Origin: Geosiphon pyriformis uo1
Lineage: Eukaryota; Fungi; Glomeromycota
Direction: 5' to 3'
Assembly (NCBI GenBank): GCA_016748015.1
Contig: JAAOMT010000299.1
Coordinates: forward strand, 843,090-907,089
DNA length: 64,000 bases
A model generated the notes under the pieces. The model saw nothing but the letters and a program-made list of their open reading frames with translations. It had not been told where the DNA came from and made no database searches. The stretch's first letter is position 1. Every line of letters starts with the position of its first letter. Positions 1 through 13,034 of the stretch are shown here, in pieces. Made by a program: the position numbers and the translations under genes.

Positions 1-1509
1 CTGCACAACAAAAAAAAACTGAAATACAAATGAATAACTTACTGAATATTTTACTTGGATGAATTTAACTATAATATTCAACACTATAAAAAAGCAAATT
101 ATCAAAACACTAATGCTTTTTTCAGACTTACTATCCAGTAATAGTACAATTTTCACAAACCAAACCAATTTAAATAATAGTAACTCTCTCTTAAACAAAC
201 ATAATAATAGACTTAAATAACTATTTTGCATTAATAAAATTTTTGGATAAAGAACAATATCCACCAGACTATACTTAATAGCAAAAAAATTTGTATAAAC
301 AATTAAATTTCTATTTGATCTATTAGAACTAATTTTATAAAAAAAATAAAAAAGATCCTAACTACTTCTAAAGAATTATTAGATTTAAAAAAAAAGAAAT
401 TCTAATTTACAATATACACACTGATCCATTATCCAAACACTTTGAAAAAACAAAAACAATTCAGAAAACCTTAGCTTATTATTATTGGTTTATTTTAAAA
501 AAAAATATTGCTAAGTACATCAAAACTTGTAATATTTGTTAAAGAAAAAAAAACCAAATTACAAGAAAAATATCTATTTAATCTCTTTTAGTTAATTATT
601 TGACAGAATTGGTATAAATATTGTTAAATCTTTAATAATAACTTCTAATGACAACAGATATATTATTACAACTACTGACTATCTTACAAAGTAGATAGAA
701 ACAAGAGCTATTTCAGACTAAACAGCAGTTTTAATAGCCAATTTTATTTACAAAGATATAATTTGTCACTACAGATGCCCAAAAAACTTTTATTTAATAG
801 AGAAAAAGCTTTTCTTAGTATACTGGTTAAAAAACTTACAGAAAAATGGGAATATATTATAAATTCTCTTCTCTTTATTACTCTCAAACAAATAGCTTAG
901 TAGAATGTTTCAATAAAACACTATGTAAAACCCTAGCCAAAACTAGTAAAGAAACAAACTTATAGAACAAAGTACTGCTTTCAGTTTTGTTTGCTTATAA
1001 AACTATGAATCATAATATAACAAGTTATGAATTTTTTTATCTGTTTTATAAACAAATAGCAACTCTATCAATAAAAACTGGTATTAAAACAATATTTTTT
1101 GAGAAAATAACAATAAAAAATTATAAAGACATTTTGCAAAGAATACTTAATATCATTAGTAGAAGCATGAATAATTGTTTTTAAAAAGATAAAACAGTTT
1201 CAAGAAAAGTTTAAGAAGAAAAAAAATCTATAAAACACTTTTCTTAAGTATTAGTAATTTGGTTTTAGAATATTACTTAAACAAAAACAATATATATAGT
1301 AATAAATTTTTTAGACAGTAAAAAAAACTCTTTATAGTCAACAAAAATCAAATATAAATAAATGCATTATTCTCAAAACAGAGGTATTTTCAATTAACAT
1401 AAACAATTATTTCCTAAATTAAAACATTTAAAATGTTTTTTTATATTCTTTATAAATATTGAATCAAAAATTATCCAAATGCTATTTTGATCATTAGAAA
1501 ATAAATTAC
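1..1509 (+). mobile_element. Heavily decayed Gypsy pol remnant (RNase H end plus integrase), 'element 0'
   Basis: Remnants of the HHCC region (HTD..KHF...YYYW...CNIC), DRIGINIVK and TNSLVECFNKTLCKTLAK, with many stops. It is cut at 1510 by an LTR. Confidence 0.8.
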
Positions 1510-2199
1510 TGTTATTTATAGAAATCAAAAATTATAATAATAAATAAAATAGCCAATTAGAAATGAATATAATAAAATAAAAAATTCTAAGATTTTCTTG
1601 GAAAATTATAGGATTTCAAAATTTCAAGATTTTTTTCAAGGAATTGTAGAATTCCAGAATTCTTTTTAAAAATTGCAGGATTCCCAAAAATCTTATATAA
1701 CACAAATTATATATATATAATAAGAGTATTAGAAGCAAAAAAGTATTCAAAATTTAATAAAATTTAGAATCTTAATACTTTTTTTTAAAAGATAGTTTTT
1801 TATAACTTAAAATAGAAACATATTAATATTAATAAAACTTTTATTTATTATCCAATTTATGTTATTGTTACTTGATTAAGAATATTACTCATTTTCATAC
1901 TATTAACACTTTATGTTAATAGAATCTAATACTTAACTACCTTGAACTAATAGCTTTTGATCATAGCTATTGATGAAATACTAATTTTTTATTTTTTATT
2001 TTTATTTATTTTTGTTTTGTTTCTTTGTTATTTACTAATTAATTAAAAAAATTAAGTGCTAAGTATTTTGATGTCAAAAATAGTCTGGTAAAAAACCCAA
2101 AAATAAGAGTAAAAATTTAAGAATAGCTTACCAAAAGGACACAACTATTAAAATAAACCAGTTAGTATGCTAAAGAAAAAAATTCATAAAAGAAACCAT

Positions 2200-3043
2200 T
2201 GTTACTTATGAAATATAGGAAGTATATTAGTATATAAATTAGCCAATTAGAGGTAGTCGTAGTAAATGTAAAATTCCAGAATTCCTCTTAAGAGGAATTA
2301 CGGAATTCTAAAAATTTCAGAATTTTTGTACAAGAAATTACAGGATTCCAGAATTTCAAAATTCTTCTCAAAAAGAATTGCAGAATTCCAGAAATTTTAG
2401 GATTTCTGGTGTGAAAATTTGAGGAATTGAGAAATCTCAATTATGTATATATAGTGACAGTATTAGAAGTAGAAAAGACAAACCTCTTAGTTTAGATTTT
2501 ATCTAAGCAACCTTCCACATCACAAATATCAAATAAATAATTATTTACCATCTCAAATCTACTCCCACTATCAACTCTTTATGTTGATAGTAATTGATAT
2601 TTAATTACATTGGAACAATAGCTCTTGATTATGGCTATTAATAAAATACTAACATGCAAATTGTCTTGGCTTATGCTTTATTTCTTTTATTTCTCTGCTT
2701 TACTTTCTTTGTTTACTAACTTGATTAAAAGAATTTACATGTAGAGGTACTAATGTCAGAATATAGCACTGATAAAAGACCCAGGAATAGGAATAAACAC
2801 TTGGAATTGAGGATATTTTACCAGAAGAATTACCAGCTATTATGCTGAGAAAAAAATTGATAAAACTGTGATTTTGGGAAGCTACAGATAAACAATCAAT
2901 TGAATCTCTGTTCATTGTACAAAGAACTCAACCAAAACCTTTAGATTCATAACACCTTCAGAAACCAATGTCATTATATTAATTGAGCACCAAGTTATGA
3001 GTTTGTTATTTGCTTTGAAATCCCCAAATAATCACCTGTAACA
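2200..3043 (+). repeat. A1 5' LTR
   Basis: TGTTAC...GTAACA; direct repeat of 12039-12882. Confidence 0.95.
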
Positions 3044-6000
3044 TTTGGTGTTCTCTGTAAGATATAATCCTACAGAGAACCAACACCAACACAACAATAA
3101 TTCAAAAGTGGCAGAATTAGAAAGAATAGGAACAAATTATTTAGGATTTGCCAAATTCTTGTTTTAATATTATTGTCAACACTTGAGATTAACCAACAAC
3201 CACCTATCAGTAAAATCAGCCTTCAATTTCTATGTCAACAAGAGAATCTCATATTTGTTAGAAGTACCAGTAGAAACTGACTCAGTTAGAGGAAATTTCT
3301 ACAACAAATTAATTTAAAATACCAGCCTATCAGCAAATTATAATTTCACAGCAATCCTTACTGAAATTAATAAAAAAACTAAACATCACATTCAACAAAG
3401 ATACCCAATTATCTACACAAACAAAGGCAAAAAAAAACTACAAACACCAGCAATAACACCACAAAAAATACAACCACCTACTTGAAAAAAAACAAGAGTA
3501 GAATTTCTGACTAATTTATCATATCATTATACACTCAGAAGTGCTATCAACATTTTATCAGCAGACACATCCACATCAAATGCGACTTTAACATTTGGAC
3601 AACTCCTATTTTAAAGTAAACAAAAAAAAGCAGAACTATTAGGAACCTATGGTAATTACTTCAAAAGATTTAAATCATGATTGCCAATACCATCAGAATT
3701 CCAATTACTGCTATTTTCACCAGATTTCAGAACCACAAGTCCTTGAGAAATAATGGCATCAGAAAAAAAAGAAAAAAAGGATCAAGAATTTAATTATTAA
3801 AATCTGATTACAGAAAATCCAGAAGTTAAAACTCCAAATATTCAAACTCAGCAAACTCAGAACAACCCAAATCCTGAGTTAATTAATCAGTAAAACTTAC
3901 CTCCAGAAATTGTCATTAATCAACAATTAATTACTCTGATTGCTAAACAACTCCAACAGCTAATAATACTATCTCAACAATTATTATTTCAACTACTACA
4001 ACAACCAAACCTGGATCAAATGGTCTATGTCTCAATAGCAAAACTCAAAAAATTTACCAGCAAAAAAGATGATGCCCAAGTATGGCTAAACAATGTGGAA
4101 AAAGCCATTGCAGCCAACAGATAGAATGATGTCAAAGCCATGCAAGCCATCTTCTATTTTCTTCAGAATACAGCTGACTCTTAATATCAAAGCTTGGTCA
4201 ATAAACTCCAAGATTTTAATGTCTTCAAGGTTGAATTTCTATGATACTTCAGCAACAATAACAGCATCAACTGGTTAGTCAACATCTTCACCACCATAAA
4301 ACAAAGAAAAACTGAAACTGTCACTATCTACTTGGAACACTTCTATAGAAATCTGCACAGATACAAGCAATTGATGCCAATTATTTTACAGTGGCTCAAA
4401 TCTTAAATCAATTTATTTGCAGATTATGCAGTAGCATTCTGCAACACATATGTTTACTATATCCAGCCAACTTGCAAGCCACAATCACTAATGCTAAAAA
4501 TTTTGAAGCTGCTGAATTAGAGGCTAATCATGTCTAAGCCATAAACCTAGTCATAAATAGATCATCTGACTTGGATTCCAAATTGAAACAATTCAGTGAT
4601 TAATTAATCAGAAACTAGAAGGATATTTAGCTGACAATTGCACAATCTATCAGCCATTCTAATAACTCCATAATTCCAGAAATGTAAATCACTTCTAAAA
4701 TTAGTCATGTTCTTTATCATTATCATTATTATTATCCAATTAGCTGTGACAGCAAGAGATATGTATTTGCTACAACTGTGATAAACAAAGTCATTTGAGA
4801 ATTGACTGCCATTCTTATAATAATAACTCATGATTGGAAAACCAATATCAAAACTCTAATCACAGATTTCAAACCCTAAATCAAGATCAATACTTATCTT
4901 ATTACACCCAAATGACACAACAGCCAACTTATCAACCAGTATACCAAGCTCCAATTTATCAGCCAACAACACCAGTTATTTATCAGCCACAGTTACAAGT
5001 AATATATCAACCTCAACAAATTCAAATATCACCACAAAACTTACCCCAAACAGAAACCCAAAGGCTAAAAATAACACAACAAAACTGGAGATTGGCAATA
5101 ATAGTTCACCAACTAATCCCCAGTTTATTAACTCAACAATCAGAATCTTGTCAATAAAATTTGAGCACTGAGTATACCCAAAACCCAAATTTACAACACT
5201 ATTTAATTCTCTTGTAAATCTGAAAGACATTTCAACCAACCATTAGGAGTCCAACTGAACACAATCACTTATTAGCAACATATCTCCAGCCACTGTTACT
5301 AATGATGAATCACTAGCAGCAATTTTCTTATTCGAACTCAAGGAACTGTCATCCACACTATTGTTCAGTGAAGCTGTGCTTGAAGTGAAACCCATTACTG
5401 TTATGTACACCAATGCTAAAGTCGATGGTCAGGCCATAAAACTAATCCTAGATAGTGGTTCAGCAAGCAGCATCATCACATGACAACTTATAAACCAATT
5501 AGGTTACTGAGTTGATTGTGCTATTAGTACCAGAATTATAACAGCTGATGAAGTGACCAAAACTCCAATTGACAAGATTAATGCCTTCCCTATAGAAGTC
5601 AATAGCATTATTATATTAATCAAAATATTAGTTATGGAAGCCACTCAATATTAAGCACTTGTTAGTAATGATTGGCTGTTCAAAACAAATATGACATTTA
5701 ACTAAACCACTTAGGAATTGCAACTCAGTCAGAATGGTTAATACACATATGTACCAGCTACATATGGCCACTTCAAGCCTATTATTATACCATTAGCACC
5801 TCTCATCAAGTTCAACAATGAAGAAGCAAAACCTACCTGAGAAGTCTATCAAATTTTCTGGACCAATAATAATTACAATAAACTACCCCCAATACTATCT
5901 TAAGACAACAACAGAAAGGGAAAGTAAAAAGAAGAACTTATCAAAAATACTGACCAAACATGATGGATTAATGATAACAATACTGAACTGACACTAACTT

Positions 6001-7474
6001 GGAAATGGAAAGAGAATAACAAAGGAAAAGGAAAAAAGAAAGAAGAAGTCCCAATACCAACTACTACCACCACTTATATTCCATACACCTATACTCTACC
6101 ACAACCATTTAACTATTGCCAACCAAAACTGATATACATTGATTATGGTAAGAAATTGTTGTCAATAGGTGTATGTTATAGTAACAATAAGAAATACTCT
6201 ATAGCAACCAAATTTTACTATTACTTATGCATACTAGAACACTTTAAATGACCAAAACAACAAGAAAAATAGAACAACAAATCTTGTCTTGCTTGTAGAG
6301 AAATCCTATTGGATGAAGAAATGTGGAATGACGTTCTTGAACAGAGAGGAATCTGTGATGAATTGTGCCAATACATGATTTTAATCAGTGATTGGGTAAG
6401 AAAAAAAACTTCCATAAAAGCTGTCTGGAGAAGAGCAGTAAAACATCTGGATAATTGTTCACATGACAATGATGAAATCTGGTGAATAGTGCTCACCAAA
6501 ATTGAAGAAACATCACCAGAAGAAATAAGAATAATCAAAAATAATCTACCAGAATCTATAGAACTCAACTGGGACCCAAACCCAAATATTATTCTAGAGC
6601 CTATAAACCCAGAACAATTCCACAAGCACTACCAAGAATTAGCACCCACTTGGGAAAAACAAGAACAATGCTTGGAAGAAATCAACACCTGATTATGTAA
6701 CCACTATTTAATCTTATATGACTTTCAATATTGTAATGAGTATGACCTCATTTACAATTCACCATCATGCATGATCTACATGATTCCAGAGGAAAATGAA
6801 CCAATCAGCAACTGTGTATTGGAATTGGAATCAACTTTCAATTCCAATTCAAATTCTAACAATGATGATAACAAAAACAATGATTCTGGCTTTATGTAAA
6901 TTGGCAATGACAACAATGACAATTTAAATTCAGATTTAAACCCCAAACAATATATTGTGCTCTCTGATCTTACCAAAAAACAGATCCTGAAATGGTTCAA
7001 CTAGCATTTAGGAATAGTTTAGCGAAAAAAAAAATCAACATTAGAGGAGGAATAATTGATACAGGATATGTAAGAAATATTATTGCAATGCTACAAAATG
7101 ACTCAGAAAAGACCTATGTTATAGAGCCAAATGAAAAGATAGCCCAGACAATATTCTTGTCTCTGGTTAAAATAGCTCAATTAGTATTAATGAGAAACAA
7201 AGAAAAATTAGGGATTACAGCTAGAGAGATACAGGATTTTGAATCCATGAATAGAATAGATGTACCAGTTAATATGGCAGAAAAAGAAATTGTTGACAAG
7301 GAAGAAATTATCTCCACCCATTAATCAATCTCTTATTTCATTATATGACCAATACATAGTAACCATAAAGAGAAAAATAAAAAATCAGGTTTAAATTTTT
7401 GAGACAGAAGCAATTCTTTATAAATTAAGAGAAATTGGACTAGTTAATCTACACATACTAGCCAAGAACCACAG

Positions 7475-8355
7475 TGTTACTCATAGAAATATAAGAAATA
7501 TATTAGCATGATTATTAGCCAATCAGAAGTAGGCGTAGTAAATGTGGAATTCCAGGATTCCTTTCAGGAATTACAGGATTCCAGAAATTTCAGGATTCCC
7601 TGATGAGGAATTGCAGGATTTCAGAATTCCAGGATTCCTCTCATTAGGAATTGCAAGATTCCAGGAATCTCAGAATTCCTATCGTGAAGAATTGAGGAAT
7701 TGAAGAATCTCAATTATGTATATATAAGAATAATATTAGAAGCAGAAAAGACAGACCTCTCAGTTTAGATTTGATCTAAGCAACCTTCCAGTTCCCAATT
7801 ATCAAATAAATAATTATTTTATACCTCAATCCACTCTCTACTATCAACACTTTATGTTGATAGTAATTGATACTTAACCATACTGGAACAATAGCTCTTG
7901 ATCACAGCTATTGATGGGATACTAACTTACCAAATCGCCTTGGCTTATTTTCTTTATTTCATTTTCTTTTCTTTCTTTCTTTTTTTTTCTTTCTTCATGT
8001 TGTTTTGTTGTTGTATACTAATTGATTAAAATATTAAGTGCTGAGTTATTGACGTCAAGGATAGCCTGATAAAAGACCCAAAAATAAGGATAGGATTTTA
8101 TATATTATCAGATAGCTTATCAGAAGGGCACAACTGCCAGACTAAATCCAGCCACCATGCTGAGAAAGAAATTGGGAAAACTTTTGGAAAGATACATCTA
8201 CTATCGACACTATTGAATCTCTGTTCATTATACAAAAGACTCCATCAAAATCTTTAGATACAACACTTTCAGAATATCATTGATGGAAATAGCTTTTGAG
8301 TACCAAGTTACAGATTTGTTATTTGACTTGAGACTCCAAATAAACATCTGTAACA
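7475..8355 (+). mobile_element. Solo LTR (family A) inserted in A1 between dUTPase and RT
   Basis: TGTTAC...GTAACA with TSD ACAG/ACAA. The A1 coding sequence resumes directly afterwards. Confidence 0.92.
7547..7680. repeat. U3 repeats of GGAATTCC/GGATTCC units (A1-type LTRs)
   Basis: Also at ~1585-1690, ~2268-2410, ~12108-12245 and ~15260-15350. Confidence 0.88.
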
Positions 8356-11300
8356 ACAATCACATCAAAATTTCCATTTACAACAACATGGGAGATATTA
8401 TCAAGATATCTAAAAAAACTACCATTGGATATCTAACCACTGACATTAAAGACCAACTGCCAAACACCATTCTAGATTTTCTATAATTGTATGGATATGT
8501 GAACATTACATCTCAAACAATATAAGAATGAGAAGAATGTTATTTGCTCCAACCAAAACAATTGGAACAGATGAACTTGAGAAATCTAAACCCACTACAA
8601 CATATGCAGCTCAAGATGTTACTCAACAACTTCAATAACATCTTTGCCAGTAAAAATGAATTTAGCAGAACTGACATTATCCAACATCAGATAAAAATTA
8701 GAGATACAATACCAATCAAACAAAAAGCATACTGAGTACCACCAGCCAGTCATGAGATTATTTGTCAAAAAATCAATTGGATGCTTGACAATGAGCTAAT
8801 TCAGTCATCAATGAGTCTATGATTATTACCAGTAGTATTAGTCCATAAGAAAAATGAGAAAATCTGCTTTTGTGTGGATTACCAAAAACTGAATGAAGTA
8901 ACAAAAGGAGATAGCTACCCAACTCCAAAGATCCAAGAGCTGTTTGATACTTTTGGAAGAAAGAAATAGTTCTCAACTTTAGACTTAAACAGTTGTTATT
9001 GGCAAGTAGCCATGAAACCAGAGGATAAAAAGAAAATGGCTTTTATGACTCAAGAAAAAAATTTCGAATTTGAGATAATACTATTTGGCTTGATAAATGC
9101 TCCAGTCACATTTCAATGGCTTATGCAAATTGTCTATACTGAACTGCTATAAAAATCAGTAATTATATATCTAGATAACACCAATGTGTTTTTCAAAACA
9201 TTTGATGATCACTTACACCATTTTTAACAAGTATTTAAGAGACTAAAAAGAGCAGAATTAAAATTAAATGCAACCAAGTGTTTTTTTGGAAAAACTGAAC
9301 TCAAGTTTTTGGGACATGTTGTGAGTAAAAATGATATCAAAACGGATTCAGATAAAATTGAGATTGTTAAAAACTTTCCAATACCAAATAATCTCACAGA
9401 ATTAAGAGCATTCTTGGAATTTGCTGGATACTACCACCACTTTATCAAAGACTTTTCCAAAATAGCTCAACTATTACACCAACTTCAAACAAAAACACCA
9501 AATATAAATAGACAAAAACTCAGCAAGAAGCTTTTAATACATTAAGAAGAAAGCTTATTCAAGCTCCAGGACTGATCTATCTGGATTAGAACAAGCCATT
9601 CATAATTACAACTGATACATCAGGTCAAGCATTAGGAGCTGTATTATCTCAAAAAAGACTGGATAAATGAGAATATCCAATAGCTTATGCCAGTAGAAGC
9701 TTAAGTCCAGCTGAAAAAAATTATAGAACTCCAGTACTAAAACACTTAGCAATCTATTGGGCTGTCATCAAATAGAAAAAATACTTGAATCAAAAGTTTG
9801 ATGTGTATACTGATCACAAAGAATTGACTTTAATTCAAAAACAAAAATTTGAAGACAATCATTATATCAAATGAAAAATAGAACTTTCACTATTTAATTA
9901 TATAGTACATTACAAAAAAAGAAAAAAAAAACAGAAATGCTGACAGCCTGTTGCAAATAAGACAAATCTAAAAACATTTCAAACCAAAAATATAACAAAA
10001 GATGAATATACAAAAATACCAACAACTCCAATATTATATAAATACCCAATTGTTCAAGAAGAAATTATCTCAAAAAGAACAAAATAACCTAAAACAACAA
10101 TCAAAATATTTTATTAACCATCAAAATATACTTTACCAAAAGAACAAAAAAATCCAGATCAATTAACCAGAGTAATTACAAAACCAAAAAAAGAGACAAT
10201 ATTGTTTAATATACATTCAAATCCAACAGCAGAACATTTTTATAAAGAAGCAACCATAAAAAGAACCAGGAAAAGATACTATTGGCTATTAATGTATCCA
10301 AACATCATCTAATATGTTCAAAATTGTGATGTTTGTTAAAAAAGAAAAAGAACAAAACCAAGTGAACCATTAAGACCAATCAAAGTGGGACAACTATTTG
10401 ATTGCATTGAAATTAACTTAATCGAACTATTAACAATAACCAGCAGAGGCAACAGATATATTGTAGTAGCCATGGATTATCTCACTAAATAGCCAGAAGC
10501 AAAAGCCATTTAAAAAGCAGATGCAAAATCCATTGACAAATTTGTTCATCAAAATTTAATCTGCTGATATGGATGTTCAAAAAAACTATTATCAGATCAA
10601 AGAACTCACTTTGTGAATAGAACATTAGCAGAATTAAGTCAAAAATTTGGAATAAAAAGACCATTATTATTATCATACTATCTACAAACAAATGGGTTAG
10701 TTGAAAGGTTCAACAGAATACTGTATAAAGCAATAGCCAAAATCAGCCAAAAAAACCAGAATGAATGAGATTTGTTTATACCATCAATATTATTTGCTTA
10801 TCAGACAATGAAACAAGACACTACACAAGCAATATTATTTGAATTAGTATACAATAGAACAGCAACATTACTAGTTGAGATAGAAGTCAAAACATATCTA
10901 ACAGAACCAATAACAAAAAAGAATTTTCAAAGAACATTGTTGAAAAGAACATATGACTTAATAGAGACACTAGAAAACAAATAGTGAAAAGCAGCTGATA
11001 ACATCCAAAAGTCACAAAAAAAAAGACATGATAACCAACTACCAGATAAACCAATTGAATTCAAGATTGGAAACAAAGTACTCTTACATTGTACTAAAAT
11101 GGAAAAACAATGGAGTAGAAAATTTGACCCCAAATGAGATAGACTATTTTACATAGAAGAAATTTTTGGAAATAAAGCTTATAAATTAAAGTTGAACAAC
11201 AAAATTTTAACCAAAGCAGCACATGGTGATCAACTAAAACAATATTACCATATAGTGTTACCATCCACCAATATTTCACAATTAGGAGTACAAAGAATAC

Positions 11301-11427
11301 TAGTTTAACCAAATGAGATTCTATAAGATTTGGAACCAATTATAATCATTGAATTAAACACATTAAATTAAACAACCAAAAAAGTATAAAAAAACACGGT
11401 ATATGTGACAAAGGCAATAAAAAGAAA

Positions 11428-12019
11428 ATGGAAATTATTAACAACATATACACACTGGCACAACAACTCTTCCAACTAATTCAACAACAGAATATGAAAA
11501 TTATTATCAACCAACAAACCATTTAATACTGAGATACCAGAAAAATATGCCAATACAAAGTACAGAAGAAACCAGAAAGCACTATTAACAAAATAATTCT
11601 AAAAGTAAAATTGACAATAGAAGAGCCAACAAATGTCATTCCATATGATACAACAATTTCCAAAAAACTTTTGTTATTTCCATTTGGGACAACATCTAAA
11701 TATTCACAACTTATATACAGATAAGACAAAGCAATTATTTGATTCAAAGATATTACAACAACTTGAACAATTTGTGGAAAAGAACAATCTAACCACACAA
11801 GCACAAGCCATCTATTAATTACAACTTGGATTTCAAGACTGACCCAAAATCTTACTCAATCCAGCAATAGACTCCATTATTATTAACCAAATAAGAAAAA
11901 TAACCAATACCCAATTTGAAAAATTACAGAACAAGATAACACAAGTAATTCTTGAAAAAAAAGTTTAAAAAATACTCAAAGATAGAGAATTTGAATTAGA
12001 AGATCTCAATAGAGCTTAA
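11428..12019 (+). pseudogene. A1 ORF3: ~200-aa unknown protein between IN and PPT
   Basis: MEIINNIYTLAQQLFQ...CYFHLGQHLNIHNLY...ILLNPAIDSIIINQIRKITNTQFEKL. It is homologous at the protein level to 27663-28297. Confidence 0.7.
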
Positions 12020-12038
12020 TATAAAAAGGAGGGAATAA

Positions 12039-12882
12039 TGTTACTTATGAAATATAAGAAGTATATTAGTATATAAATTAGCCAATTAAAAATAGCTGTA
12101 GTAGATGTGGAATTCCAGGATTCCCCTCAAGAGAAATCACAAGATTCTAGAAATTTCAAGATTCTTATATAAGGAATCATAAGATTCCAGAATTTCAGAA
12201 TTCCTCTTAAAAAAAATTGTAAGATTCCAGAAATTCCAAGATTTCTGGTGTAAAGAATTAAGAAATTGAGAAATCTTAATTATGTATATATAGTGACAGT
12301 ATTAAAAGTAGAAAAAACAGATCTTTTAGTTTAGATTTTATTTAAGCAACTTTCCACATCACAAATATCAAATAAATAATTATTCACTATTTCAAATCTA
12401 CTTCTCATTATCAACTTTTTATGTTGATAATAATTAATACTTAACCACACTAGAACAATAGCTCTTAATCACAATTATTAATAAGATACTAACATGCAAA
12501 TTGCCTTGGCTTATGCTTTATTTTTTTTATTTTTTTGCTTTACTTTTTTTGTTTACTAACTTAATTAAAAAAATTCACATGCAGAGGTACTGACATCAAA
12601 ATTTAGCACTGGTAAAAGACCCAAGAATAAGAATAGACACTTGAAATTGAGAATATCTTACCAGAAGAATTACTGGCCATCATGCTAAGAAAGAAATTAA
12701 CAAAACTGTGGTTTCAAAAAGCTACAAATAAACAATCAATTGAATCTTTGTTCATTGTACAAAGAACTCAACCAAAACCTTCAGATCTATAACATTTTCA
12801 GAAACCAATATCATTATATCAATTAAGCACCAAGTTACAGGTTTGTTATTTGCTTTAAGACCTCAAATAATCATCTGTAACA
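12039..12882 (+). repeat. A1 3' LTR
   Basis: Preceded by the PPT; matches 2200-3043. Confidence 0.95.
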
Positions 12883-13034
12883 CCATTAATTAAATTTCTG
12901 TTTATTATACAAAAAACTTAACCAAAACTTTTAGACTTCAAAATTTTTAGAAATTACCAATATTATTAGCTATTGAGTACCAAGTTATAAGTTTGTTATT
13001 TGTTTTAACATTTCAAATAATTACTTGTAATATT

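Larger units (their letters stand above)
3108..11370 (+). pseudogene. A1 gag-pol (capsid ~4020-4600, CCHC ~4770, PR ~5400-5780, Cys-rich ~6110-6770, partial dUTPase ~6990-7255, RT ~8620-9480, RNase H, IN ~10080-11370)
   Basis: Motifs ILDSGSA (PR), RGGIIDTGY (dUTPase), YLDN (from YLDD) and TNGLVERFN (IN). Many transition-derived stops. Confidence 0.9.
2200..12882 (+). mobile_element. Element A1: full-length decayed dUTPase-bearing Gypsy LTR retrotransposon
   Basis: Two 844-bp LTRs (2200-3043 and 12039-12882), exact TSD CCAT/CCAT, PBS 3046-3061, PPT AAAAAGGAGGGAA before 12039, and the gag-pol domain order inside. Confidence 0.95.
1510..13032 (+). repeat. 5' LTR of element G (family A), split into 1510-2199 and 12887-13032 by insertion of element A1
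   Basis: Starts TGTTAT at 1510 and has family-A U3 repeats, TATA and hairpins. It resumes after the CCAT TSD, ends TGTAATA at 13032, and is followed by a PBS. Confidence 0.8.
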
